Shown here in pieces: positions 1-8,378 of a DNA stretch of 44,356 bases; within the stretch, counting starts at the first letter, position 1, and each line of letters starts with the position of its first letter. The notes beneath the pieces are model-generated. The model saw only the letters and a program-made list of their open reading frames with translations, was not told the DNA's origin and searched no databases. Origin of the DNA: a virus (Duplodnaviria; Caudoviricetes); the IMG/VR virus record IMGVR_UViG_3300012665_001829, positions 1 through 44,356 of that record. One strand, 5' to 3'. Made by a program: the position numbers and the translations under genes.

Positions 1-2093
1 GTTCTTGGACTAGAGCGGTTGATATGTCATTAGACGATGATGTTTTTACAGGGTTGGGGGTATATGTAAATTCAGGAGCAACTCATTCAGGTAAAAATTT
101 TGTTATTACAACAAGTAATCCAATTATTTTAGGTAGTACTTCTTTAACGTTTGCACAATCTTCAGGTTCTGGTTCTTCAGGAACAAGTGGAAGTTCTGGT
201 ACATCAGGCTCTAGTGGAAGTTCTGGTACATCAGGTAGTTCAGGAACTAGCGGAAGTTCTGGTTCTAGTGGCTCATCTGGTAGTTCTGGTTCTTCAGGAA
301 AATCAGGTACATCAGGTTCTTCAGGAACAAGTGGAAGTTCTGGTACATCAGGTTCTAGTGGTAATTCAGGTACATCAGGTTCTTCAGGAACAAGTGGAAG
401 TTCTGGTACATCAGGTAGTTCAGGAACTAGCGGAAGTTCTGGTTCTAGTGGCTCATCTGGTAGTTCTGGTTCTTCAGGAAAATCAGGTACATCAGGTTCT
501 TCAGGAACAAGTGGAAGTTCTGGTACATCAGGTTCTAGTGGTAATTCAGGTACATCAGGTTCTTCAGGAACAAGTGGAAGTTCTGGTACATCAGGTAGTT
601 CTGGTACATCAGTAACAGTGTCAGGAACAAATAATACTATTGTTAAATTCACATCAAATTCAACTATCGGGAACAGTACCCTTGTTGATAATGGAACTGA
701 TGTTAGAGGAACTAAAGGATTTTATCTTGCGGTTAATGGTGCAGCACAAGACCCATACGGTGCAATATCAGTAATAAATCCAAATAACACGTCAAATTAT
801 TCTTATTTTGGGATGACAAGAAGTACCGAAATAGGTATTGGAATGGGTATAACAACTGGAAATGAAGTATGGTTTGGAGGTGCTGCTTCAGGAGCCGGAA
901 CATCTACAGTATTATCGGGTAGTGCGTGGTTTAGATTTAGCGCAAGTAATGCAATATTTAACGGTAACGTAGGTATTAATGGTGGAGCGCTCACAATAGA
1001 AAAAAACGGAACAACAAGTACAATTACTTTTCCGGCCCAAACAAATGACCCTGGATTTATACAACACTATGAATCATCCAACACGGCAGTAATGTATTTC
1101 TCTGTATCAGATGATATTGGAACTACTGACTATTTTGCTTTTGGTGCTAATGGTACATATAACACAATAATATATACAAACGGAAGGGTTGATTATGTTT
1201 CTTGGAATGGATATGGATATGCGGTTGCTGCAACAGCAAGTACTTTCGTATTAAGAGGTACCAGTGGTGAAATCACCGGAGGTTACATTTATGGTTCGTA
1301 TTTTAATTCATCCGCAGGAAATTCAGAAAATCCTACTATTGGTCAGATTTGGACACAGAATACTGGTGATGATTTCTTAAGAAAATCAACACCGGCTCAT
1401 TTTAGAAGTCAAGTTACTGATTCATATTATGTACCTATTAGAGGTGTGTCTAACTGGAACAGTTCACCATCTGTAATAAATAAAGTTGTGGGAATGATAG
1501 GGTGGAAACATTATGGTAATGGCCATATAATATTTGACGCATCTAATAGTACAAATCCAGATGGAGGTACAATAAATAATGCAAATCCTTCTGTTTCTTG
1601 GTCAGGTACATACCCAACATTGATGGGATGGAACGGTACTGACACTTATGGGGTAAGAGTTGATATAGCTAAAAGGGTTGATATAGAATTCAACAATGAT
1701 ACTAACTCTACCTATCAAATGTTATGGGGTTCGGGAACTCTTTTATATGGTACTGCTGGAATTTATTGTAATCCGTCCACTGATACACTATACACAAATG
1801 GTGATGTTGTAGCATATGCTTCATCAGATAGAGCATTGAAAGATAATCTTAAACTAATTGAAAATGCAATTGATAAAGTTAATCAAATCGGAGGTTATAC
1901 ATTCGAATGGAATGATAAACAACAAGTATATACTGGTACCGATATCGGTGTAATAGCTCAAGAAATTGAGGCAATCTTACCTGAAATCGTAACAACTAGA
2001 GAAAATGGATACAAAGCTGTTAAATACGAAAAATTGATACCTGTATTGATTGAAGCAATTAAAGAATTAAAAATTTTAATAGATAAAAAATAG
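1..2093 (+). CDS. Tail fibre protein (5' partial) with Gly-X-Ser repeat and C-terminal peptidase S74 intramolecular chaperone
   Basis: The frame is open to the window edge (SWTRAVD precedes the Met at 24). C-terminal SSDRALKDN...GVIAQEIEAILPEIV...YKAVKYEKLIPVLIEAIKEL is a typical S74 chaperone domain. Confidence 0.9.
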   Translation, partial: SWTRAVDMSLDDDVFTGLGVYVNSGATHSGKNFVITTSNPIILGSTSLTFAQSSGSGSSGTSGSSGTSGSSGSSGTSGSSGTSGSSGSSGSSGSSGSSGKSGTSGSSGTSGSSGTSGSSGNSGTSGSSGTSGSSGTSGSSGTSGSSGSSGSSGSSGSSGKSGTSGSSGTSGSSGTSGSSGNSGTSGSSGTSGSSGTSGSSGTSVTVSGTNNTIVKFTSNSTIGNSTLVDNGTDVRGTKGFYLAVNGAAQDPYGAISVINPNNTSNYSYFGMTRSTEIGIGMGITTGNEVWFGGAASGAGTSTVLSGSAWFRFSASNAIFNGNVGINGGALTIEKNGTTSTITFPAQTNDPGFIQHYESSNTAVMYFSVSDDIGTTDYFAFGANGTYNTIIYTNGRVDYVSWNGYGYAVAATASTFVLRGTSGEITGGYIYGSYFNSSAGNSENPTIGQIWTQNTGDDFLRKSTPAHFRSQVTDSYYVPIRGVSNWNSSPSVINKVVGMIGWKHYGNGHIIFDASNSTNPDGGTINNANPSVSWSGTYPTLMGWNGTDTYGVRVDIAKRVDIEFNNDTNSTYQMLWGSGTLLYGTAGIYCNPSTDTLYTNGDVVAYASSDRALKDNLKLIENAIDKVNQIGGYTFEWNDKQQVYTGTDIGVIAQEIEAILPEIVTTRENGYKAVKYEKLIPVLIEAIKELKILIDKK
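171..611 (+). repeat. 49 consecutive Gly-X-Ser triplets containing an exact 180-bp tandem duplication
   Basis: GSS/GTS/GKS/GNS triplets; 213-421 is identical to 393-601. Confidence 0.95.
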
Positions 2094-2107
2094 TTAATGT
2101 TTATATA

Positions 2108-2136
2108 TTGACATTACTGTAAAAAGAATTTATTTT
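2108..2136 (+). promoter_or_regulatory. Putative sigma70-like promoter
   Basis: TTGACA-N17-TATTTT upstream of the ATG at 2164. Confidence 0.4.
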
Positions 2137-2163
2137 TTTCTTTCAGAAAAATATACAAAAAAT

Positions 2164-2508
2164 ATGAAAACACTCACATTAAGATTCGGAAAAGAAAATG
2201 TTAACGGACAAGATACGTTTTTCTCAACAGCAACGTTATTAAAAATTGCAATCAATGGAACACAAAAAGATTCTGGAATTAGTGTATCTGAAATGTCAAA
2301 AAGAATTAAATTATTAGATATTTTAAATCAACATCCTGAATTTGATGTAAATGAAGGAGAGTTTACTGATAATCTTTTAAATCTTAATAAAGTTATAGAA
2401 ATAGAAGATTCAGATTATGAAAAAATCAAAGAACTATTCTCTGAAGTAAGATGGAAAATAGTTTGTAAATTTATTGTTAATTTATCAGAAGAATTAAATT
2501 CTAAATAA
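2164..2508 (+). CDS. Hypothetical protein, possibly tail-fibre associated
   Basis: 114-aa ORF directly after the tail fibre; no recognised motif. Confidence 0.7.
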   Translation: MKTLTLRFGKENVNGQDTFFSTATLLKIAINGTQKDSGISVSEMSKRIKLLDILNQHPEFDVNEGEFTDNLLNLNKVIEIEDSDYEKIKELFSEVRWKIVCKFIVNLSEELNSK

Positions 2509-2537
2509 ATAGCTGAAAACATAGGTTATTAATATAC

Positions 2538-2585
2538 GGGTTACTTAAATCAAAGTTAGTAAGATTTAAGTAACCCATTTTTTTT
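2538..2585 (+). terminator. Intrinsic terminator between convergent genes
   Basis: Perfect 14-bp inverted repeat GGGTTACTTAAATC (2538-2551) / GATTTAAGTAACCC (2563-2576) followed by a T-run. Confidence 0.8.
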
Positions 2586-3312
2586 ATAAAAATTCAGAAT
2601 TATCAATATAGATTATAACTTCAGTATAATATTCTATAAAATGTTCATTGAACAAGTCCCACTTTATATCAATACCGTCTACTGAAAAAACATTTATTTT
2701 TTTAAATTCCACTAAGAAAGTATCTCTAAAATTTCTAAAACTATTTTTTAGTTCTAAAGAAGACAAATGCCATTCACCAACAACATTACGGATTTTATTT
2801 TTAATAAAAGGTAAATTTTCTTGTGTAAAAATATGGTACTCACCACCCTCACAATCAGTTTTCAAAAAATCAATTTTCTCAATATTATAAAGGTGACAAA
2901 ACATATCAAATGTGATTCCTTCCATTCTATTATCACCGCCAAATATTTCATTATTTATTTCAAAAGAATTTATATTAGAAATTCCTTTATTAATTGGTGT
3001 TACAGGATATCCACAAGTATTCTTCGCCAGAATAGGAAATTCTACATTACTTGGTTCTAAACAATAAACATGTTTAGGGTTTTTATGTAAAATACTATAA
3101 GTAAAAGGACCATTACTTGCTCCTATATCCACAACAATATCATTTTTTTGAACTTCAAAAAACTTTTCATAAAGTCCCTGAATGAAAATTTCATTTATAA
3201 TTTGTTTTCTGTGGTACTCGCCCAAATTTGTTATTTCTCCTTTAATAACAATTTCTATATCATCAGAGCCCATCCAACCCCAATCGAAGTTTTCTAATTT
3301 TAATTTATCCAT
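2584..3312 (-). CDS. FkbM-family methyltransferase
   Basis: VVDIGASNG SAM motif, CLEP, IDFLKTDCEGGE. Start reassigned to the ATG at 3312, just after the upstream stop. Confidence 0.88.
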   Translation of the reverse strand: MDKLKLENFDWGWMGSDDIEIVIKGEITNLGEYHRKQIINEIFIQGLYEKFFEVQKNDIVVDIGASNGPFTYSILHKNPKHVYCLEPSNVEFPILAKNTCGYPVTPINKGISNINSFEINNEIFGGDNRMEGITFDMFCHLYNIEKIDFLKTDCEGGEYHIFTQENLPFIKNKIRNVVGEWHLSSLELKNSFRNFRDTFLVEFKKINVFSVDGIDIKWDLFNEHFIEYYTEVIIYIDNSEFL

Positions 3313-3314
3313 AT

Positions 3315-6206
3315 TTATATTTTTTTTGCAAACAAGTGCACAACATCCCAAGATTCATGTATGTGTTCAAAAAATGTTTGGAACCCATTTGTGTTGAATT
3401 TATGTAAGATTTTCATGAACTTCCATAGAAGTTCTTTTTTACTACTATCATCAAAATTTGAACTATAAAAATGAGTGTGAAACTCTATTGCCCATTTATC
3501 AACTTTTAATAAGTCAGAGACTTGAATTTTTTCAAATAAATCCCATTCATCGCCTTCTATATCAATTTTTGCAAAATTTATTTTAACAATTTTATGTTGT
3601 TCCAAAATTTTTTGGATGTCAAAATCATCCCCACCAACTTTCCCTAATGTAGAAACTACCGGTAAATTTTCTGTGTTTTTTAAAAGACATTGATAAAAAG
3701 TTTCATTTATTTCATAACTAAAAATTTTAGACGCTCCCATCTGGTGAGCGTAATTTGAAAAAATTCCAACATTACCACCGGCATCCAAAACATTATCACC
3801 AATCTCAATTTTGATACCAAAACGATTATATTCGTTTTCATCAAAAATTTCTTTGATAAAATTTTCTGTAAGATTTTCTTCGCCTTCAGGACAAATAAAT
3901 TTCTTTTTTTCCACTAAATTTAACTTGTTAAAAACTTGTTCAGGGGTTATTGATTTTTGACATATGTGTTGTTTTTTCGTTCCTTTATAAAGAGGGCACC
4001 AATCCCAATCACCACCATCAAAAACAAACCCTTCGTCATTCCAACAAGATATACAAACATTTTGATTTTGAATTCTAGTTACATTTTTTGTAAACTCATG
4101 ACCTGCCTTTGCAAATCCATTTATCATATAGGTATGTTTTCCTATGGACCAATTCAACCATGATAAACCTGAACCAAGACCTATAAAAATATCTGCGTGG
4201 TTTAATATGTTTATCACATCATTCATAGGTTTGTTGGAGTAATTTTTAACTCCGTCAATAATAAAAGGAGACTTTGTTAAGGTAACAACATCATATCCTT
4301 TTTTTATTAATAATTTTGATAACTCAACCCAATAGACGTAGACCCATTCTTTGCAACCGGCAGTTGCTTGAGGACCAAAAACAACGTATTTGTTTTTGAT
4401 TGGCCTTTCTTTATTTGGTATTTTAATACCGTAGTTAACTTCTTTGAAGTCCAGCCCCAAAATATCTGTCGCTGCTTGTTGTAATGGTATTATATTAACC
4501 TGATTTGGGTTTCTGTCAAAGTCTTCCCATTTTTCATTTTTTTTAAACCAACCTAATCTATAAACGGCAATACATTCATGAGATTCACTTGGGTTTATGA
4601 ATTTGATATCTTTGTATTCATCAAGACCCTCAAATAGGTGGTTATGAAATGTGGACATTATTACCTTACATTTATATTTTTTCGCAAATTCAATAGAATA
4701 AGGAACCCATGCCAATGTATCGCCCAAAGATTTTGATTCCATTGAAATTAAAACATTTCGGTTTTCAAGATTAAATTCATCAACTACTTCACCGTTTATT
4801 CTAATTTGCCAAGGGATATAATATTTTTTACCGCAAGAGGTCCACATGTTATTTTTTATTGTACTTGAATGTAAAACTTCATTAGTTGTTTTATTAACAA
4901 ATTCTACTAAATAGATTTTATCTTCATCACCTAAAATCTCAACTTTTGGACCATCCAAGTAAGTTATTTCTATTTTATTTTTCTTAAAGGGTTTTATTTC
5001 TTTAGATAAGAAAGGAAGTTTTTTGATAAACTCTTCAATTGTATTATAACCTATCTGTGCAACATTCTCCCAATTAAATTCTTCTCTGATATATTTTGAT
5101 TCGACAAGCGATATTTTTTTAAACGTTTCGTATTTTTCATACACTAATCTCATCATTTCAGATAAATGATTAAAATCTGGCTCATAATAGTTACCAACCA
5201 TTTCGTTAAAATGATTGTATGAACTTTCATTTGCTGGTTTTTCGCCCAATACATTAACAGGAATACCTCTACCTTCCGCAAATTCTAATTGACCTGAACA
5301 ATTAGAATATATTGAAGGTGTACCACAAGCCATGGATTCGATTAACGGTAAATTCCAACCTTCACTTCTGGCACAAGAAACAAAACAATTACAAGATTTT
5401 AGAATATCAATATATTCGTTACGTGAAGGAAAGTGTAAGATTTTAATCCTTTCATCCTCCAATCCATAATGTTTTAATCTCTCTTCAGTTGTCTTTAGAC
5501 CATCATTAGAGAATGGATTGTCAACAGATATAATCAAGTCAACAGGTTCATTCTTATCAAAAGTTTTCAAAAACGTTTCGATTATTTCCTTTATCGATTT
5601 TCTGTAATCCCATCTTCCCGCCAAGAAGAACTTAAATCTTCCGTCTGATGTTGTTTCATGTCTAACTTGAGGGTTAGGAAAAAAAACGTGGGAATCAACA
5701 CCTTCAGGAACAACTTTTATTTTATTTTCAGGATATCCTTGTTTTATCATACACTCCATTTGCCACTTTGAAGGTACCCACATTTCATCAAACTCTAACA
5801 ATTTGTTAAAATATTGTTCAGGTTGCAAAGTGGTTTCCCATACATTGTATGCGATTTTGGGACCATTGTATGTGTCATAGAATATATGGTGGTTTGATTC
5901 ACATAATACAATATTCAAATCATGCTCAAATTCTTTTTCTATTGATGGATAAATCGGGTAGTTACCTCTTTTCCCATTGGCTTCCCAAAGAATTTGTTGG
6001 TATAGTATTTTTTTATCTGTTTGATTAAAATATGGTTCTTTATCATGAGGATTTAGGGTATACCCATCCCAAGTATTACCGATGGTAAAGTTTCTTACCT
6101 TAATGTCAGCATGTTTTGTCAATGCTCTGAAAAAATCACGAGTATGTTGGTTGTAACCTGTGTTACCAACGTAAGAACCATGAGCGTATATTTTTGGCCT
6201 TTTCAT
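3315..6206 (-). CDS. Fusion: GT4 glycosyltransferase + Aah/TibC-like (autotransporter) O-heptosyltransferase + FkbM methyltransferase
   Basis: N-terminal RSEGWNLPLIESMACG (GT4). Middle SLGDTLAW, FIGLGSGLSWLNW and CISCWN...WCP...HICQKSIT (four-Cys iron-finger pattern of Aah/TibC). C-terminal LDAGGNVG and KIDIEGDE (FkbM). Confidence 0.85.
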   Translation of the reverse strand: MKRPKIYAHGSYVGNTGYNQHTRDFFRALTKHADIKVRNFTIGNTWDGYTLNPHDKEPYFNQTDKKILYQQILWEANGKRGNYPIYPSIEKEFEHDLNIVLCESNHHIFYDTYNGPKIAYNVWETTLQPEQYFNKLLEFDEMWVPSKWQMECMIKQGYPENKIKVVPEGVDSHVFFPNPQVRHETTSDGRFKFFLAGRWDYRKSIKEIIETFLKTFDKNEPVDLIISVDNPFSNDGLKTTEERLKHYGLEDERIKILHFPSRNEYIDILKSCNCFVSCARSEGWNLPLIESMACGTPSIYSNCSGQLEFAEGRGIPVNVLGEKPANESSYNHFNEMVGNYYEPDFNHLSEMMRLVYEKYETFKKISLVESKYIREEFNWENVAQIGYNTIEEFIKKLPFLSKEIKPFKKNKIEITYLDGPKVEILGDEDKIYLVEFVNKTTNEVLHSSTIKNNMWTSCGKKYYIPWQIRINGEVVDEFNLENRNVLISMESKSLGDTLAWVPYSIEFAKKYKCKVIMSTFHNHLFEGLDEYKDIKFINPSESHECIAVYRLGWFKKNEKWEDFDRNPNQVNIIPLQQAATDILGLDFKEVNYGIKIPNKERPIKNKYVVFGPQATAGCKEWVYVYWVELSKLLIKKGYDVVTLTKSPFIIDGVKNYSNKPMNDVINILNHADIFIGLGSGLSWLNWSIGKHTYMINGFAKAGHEFTKNVTRIQNQNVCISCWNDEGFVFDGGDWDWCPLYKGTKKQHICQKSITPEQVFNKLNLVEKKKFICPEGEENLTENFIKEIFDENEYNRFGIKIEIGDNVLDAGGNVGIFSNYAHQMGASKIFSYEINETFYQCLLKNTENLPVVSTLGKVGGDDFDIQKILEQHKIVKINFAKIDIEGDEWDLFEKIQVSDLLKVDKWAIEFHTHFYSSNFDDSSKKELLWKFMKILHKFNTNGFQTFFEHIHESWDVVHLFAKKI

Positions 6207-6218
6207 TTATAAGTTTTA

Positions 6219-6251
6219 TTGAAAATATAACATAATTCAACTATAATTCAA
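6219..6251. promoter_or_regulatory. Overlapping divergent sigma70-like promoters
   Basis: + strand TTGAAA(6219)-N17-TATAAT(6242); - strand TTGAAT(6251)-N16-TATATT. Both lie in the 50-bp gap between divergent genes. Confidence 0.55.
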
Positions 6252-6256
6252 ATACT

Positions 6257-6901
6257 ATGTCGCAAGGAGTTCATAAAATAACTGAAGATTTTGAAAAGGC
6301 GTTATGTGATTATACAGGAGCACCTTATGCAATTGCATTAGATAATATGAGTAATGCGTTGTTTCTATCGTTATATTATGAGAAAAATATTAAAAAGTCT
6401 TTAGATGACGACTTTGTGGATTGTCCGTCAAGAACGTATCCATCAGTTCCTTGTGAAATTATTCATGCTGGACTTAAAGTTAATTTTGTGTCTGTTGAGG
6501 GTAAAACAATTAAAGGGTCGTATAGATTATCTCCATCAAATGTTATTGATTCTGCATTACATTTTACAGCAGATATGTATGTTCCTGGCACACATATGTG
6601 TTTATCATTTACCGGTCCATACAAAACTTTAAAATTAAGTAAGGGTGGAGCAATCATTACAGATGATTATCGGGCGATGCTTTGGTTTAAACGAGCAAGA
6701 TTTAGTGGAAGGAGAGAATGTTCATATCACGATGACCATTTTGATATGTTAGGGTGGAATTTTTATATGATGCCTGAACTTGCGGCTAGAGGACTTTTAA
6801 TGATGACACAATTTTATAACTTGGATGGAACAAAAAAACACAATGATGATTTGGAGTTACCATATCCTGATTTGTCTAAATTTGAAATATACAAACAATG
6901 A
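6257..6901 (+). CDS. DegT/DnrJ/EryC1/StrS-family PLP sugar aminotransferase (short form)
   Basis: FEKALCDYTGAPYAIA, IDSA, CLSF...K, GGAIITDD, GWNFYM..LAA.GL. Confidence 0.82.
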   Translation: MSQGVHKITEDFEKALCDYTGAPYAIALDNMSNALFLSLYYEKNIKKSLDDDFVDCPSRTYPSVPCEIIHAGLKVNFVSVEGKTIKGSYRLSPSNVIDSALHFTADMYVPGTHMCLSFTGPYKTLKLSKGGAIITDDYRAMLWFKRARFSGRRECSYHDDHFDMLGWNFYMMPELAARGLLMMTQFYNLDGTKKHNDDLELPYPDLSKFEIYKQ

Positions 6902-7476
6902 AAAAAGTATTGGTTGGTAATGGTGGACACGCAAGAGAAGTAATGGCTCAAATGGGTATTAAATTAGATAGATTCGTTGATGACCGATACTCTGATAACG
7001 AAACACTACCGATATCTAAATTAGACCCTGAAGAACACACAGTTATGGTTGCGGTTGCTAATTCAAAAGATAGATTCGATATTACTCAAAGACTACCAAA
7101 AGGAATTCAATTTTTTACTTTTATACATCCCACAGCACTTATTATGGATAATGTTGAGATTGGGGAAGGTAGTTTTGTAGGTGCTTATTCAATATTAACA
7201 ACAAATATAAAAATAGGTTCGCATGCAATTTTAAATAGAGGTAATCATATTGGGCATGATTGTAGAATAGGTTCTTATTTCAGTGCAATGCCAGGAGCGA
7301 TTGTTTCAGGTAATGTAACCATTTATGATTTAGTTTATATGGGAAACAATTCCTCAATTAGAGAAAAATTATCGGTACATAGTTTAACAACAATAGGTAT
7401 GAATAGTGCGGTTGTTAAAGATATTGAATACCCTGGAACCTATGTTGGTTGCCCCGTAAAAATAATTAAATCATGA
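6898..7476 (+). CDS. NeuD/PglD-family sugar acetyltransferase
   Basis: GNGGHAREV Rossmann start, IHPTA, HIGHD, hexapeptide repeats, VGCP ending. ATGA-coupled to the aminotransferase. Confidence 0.88.
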   Translation: MKKVLVGNGGHAREVMAQMGIKLDRFVDDRYSDNETLPISKLDPEEHTVMVAVANSKDRFDITQRLPKGIQFFTFIHPTALIMDNVEIGEGSFVGAYSILTTNIKIGSHAILNRGNHIGHDCRIGSYFSAMPGAIVSGNVTIYDLVYMGNNSSIREKLSVHSLTTIGMNSAVVKDIEYPGTYVGCPVKIIKS

Positions 7477-8378
7477 ATCTAAAATGGGATAATAATAAAA
7501 TAACATTTATAATAGATACGATACATTCAATTGGATTCGAATCTAAAGGGGCATCAATTGCTTGTCATAAATTGGCATATGAGTTATCTAATCAAGGACA
7601 CTATGTTTATATATTTAATGACCCATTATTTCCTCATCCTAACATTGAAATAATTCCTGTTGAGAAAAAAGATGAAGATGATGGGTGGTGGAGTTCGTTT
7701 TATTGGGAACCATTTATCTTTAATTTTAATAGAACGGTATCAATTTATACTCAAATTACATGGGGAAACCCAATGAATACAATTCATAATGTTAGATGGT
7801 TATTACATGATTACGATGAAAACCAATGGGGAACTTTTGGGAGAGAAGACCAAATTTTTAATTTTGGGACATTTGCTGTACCTGAAGGAATTAAACAATC
7901 ACCATTAACTGTTTTCGATTATAATTTTGATAAATTATACAATACTAATAATCCAAGACGAAAAGGATTTGGACACATTATACATAAAAATACTCCTAAT
8001 TGGGGAAAAGATTTTTTAAATCAATTTGGTTCAGTAGAAATACCGCATTACAACGGAAAGAAAGATTTGGATTATTTGTTAGATGAATTTAACAAATATG
8101 AATATCTATTAACATTTGACGATAAATCTTATTACACTTCAGCTGCAGGATTGTGTGGTACCAAAAGTGTTATATTAAATCCAAATAAAGATATAACTCC
8201 GATTGATTATAGAATGAAAAATCCAATTCAAATGTGTGGAGTTGCTTATGGGTTTGATGACATTAAGTGGGCTAATGATACAATTGGATTAGTTAGAGAA
8301 AATTTATTACAATTAGAACAAAGAGACAAAAAAACAATTTTAAATCTTATTGAATATTGGAAAAACAAATTGCTTTAG
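7473..8378 (+). CDS. Putative glycosyltransferase-like protein (WavQ-like)
   Basis: KGASIACHKLAYELSNQGH, GNPMN...VRWLLH, AGLCGTKSV, GVAYG; sits in a glycan operon. Confidence 0.5.
   Translation: MNLKWDNNKITFIIDTIHSIGFESKGASIACHKLAYELSNQGHYVYIFNDPLFPHPNIEIIPVEKKDEDDGWWSSFYWEPFIFNFNRTVSIYTQITWGNPMNTIHNVRWLLHDYDENQWGTFGREDQIFNFGTFAVPEGIKQSPLTVFDYNFDKLYNTNNPRRKGFGHIIHKNTPNWGKDFLNQFGSVEIPHYNGKKDLDYLLDEFNKYEYLLTFDDKSYYTSAAGLCGTKSVILNPNKDITPIDYRMKNPIQMCGVAYGFDDIKWANDTIGLVRENLLQLEQRDKKTILNLIEYWKNKLL

Noticed and set aside
83-652. Antisense and off-frame ORFs over the G-X-S repeat
   Set aside because: Shadows of a stop-poor repeat in the tail fibre gene.
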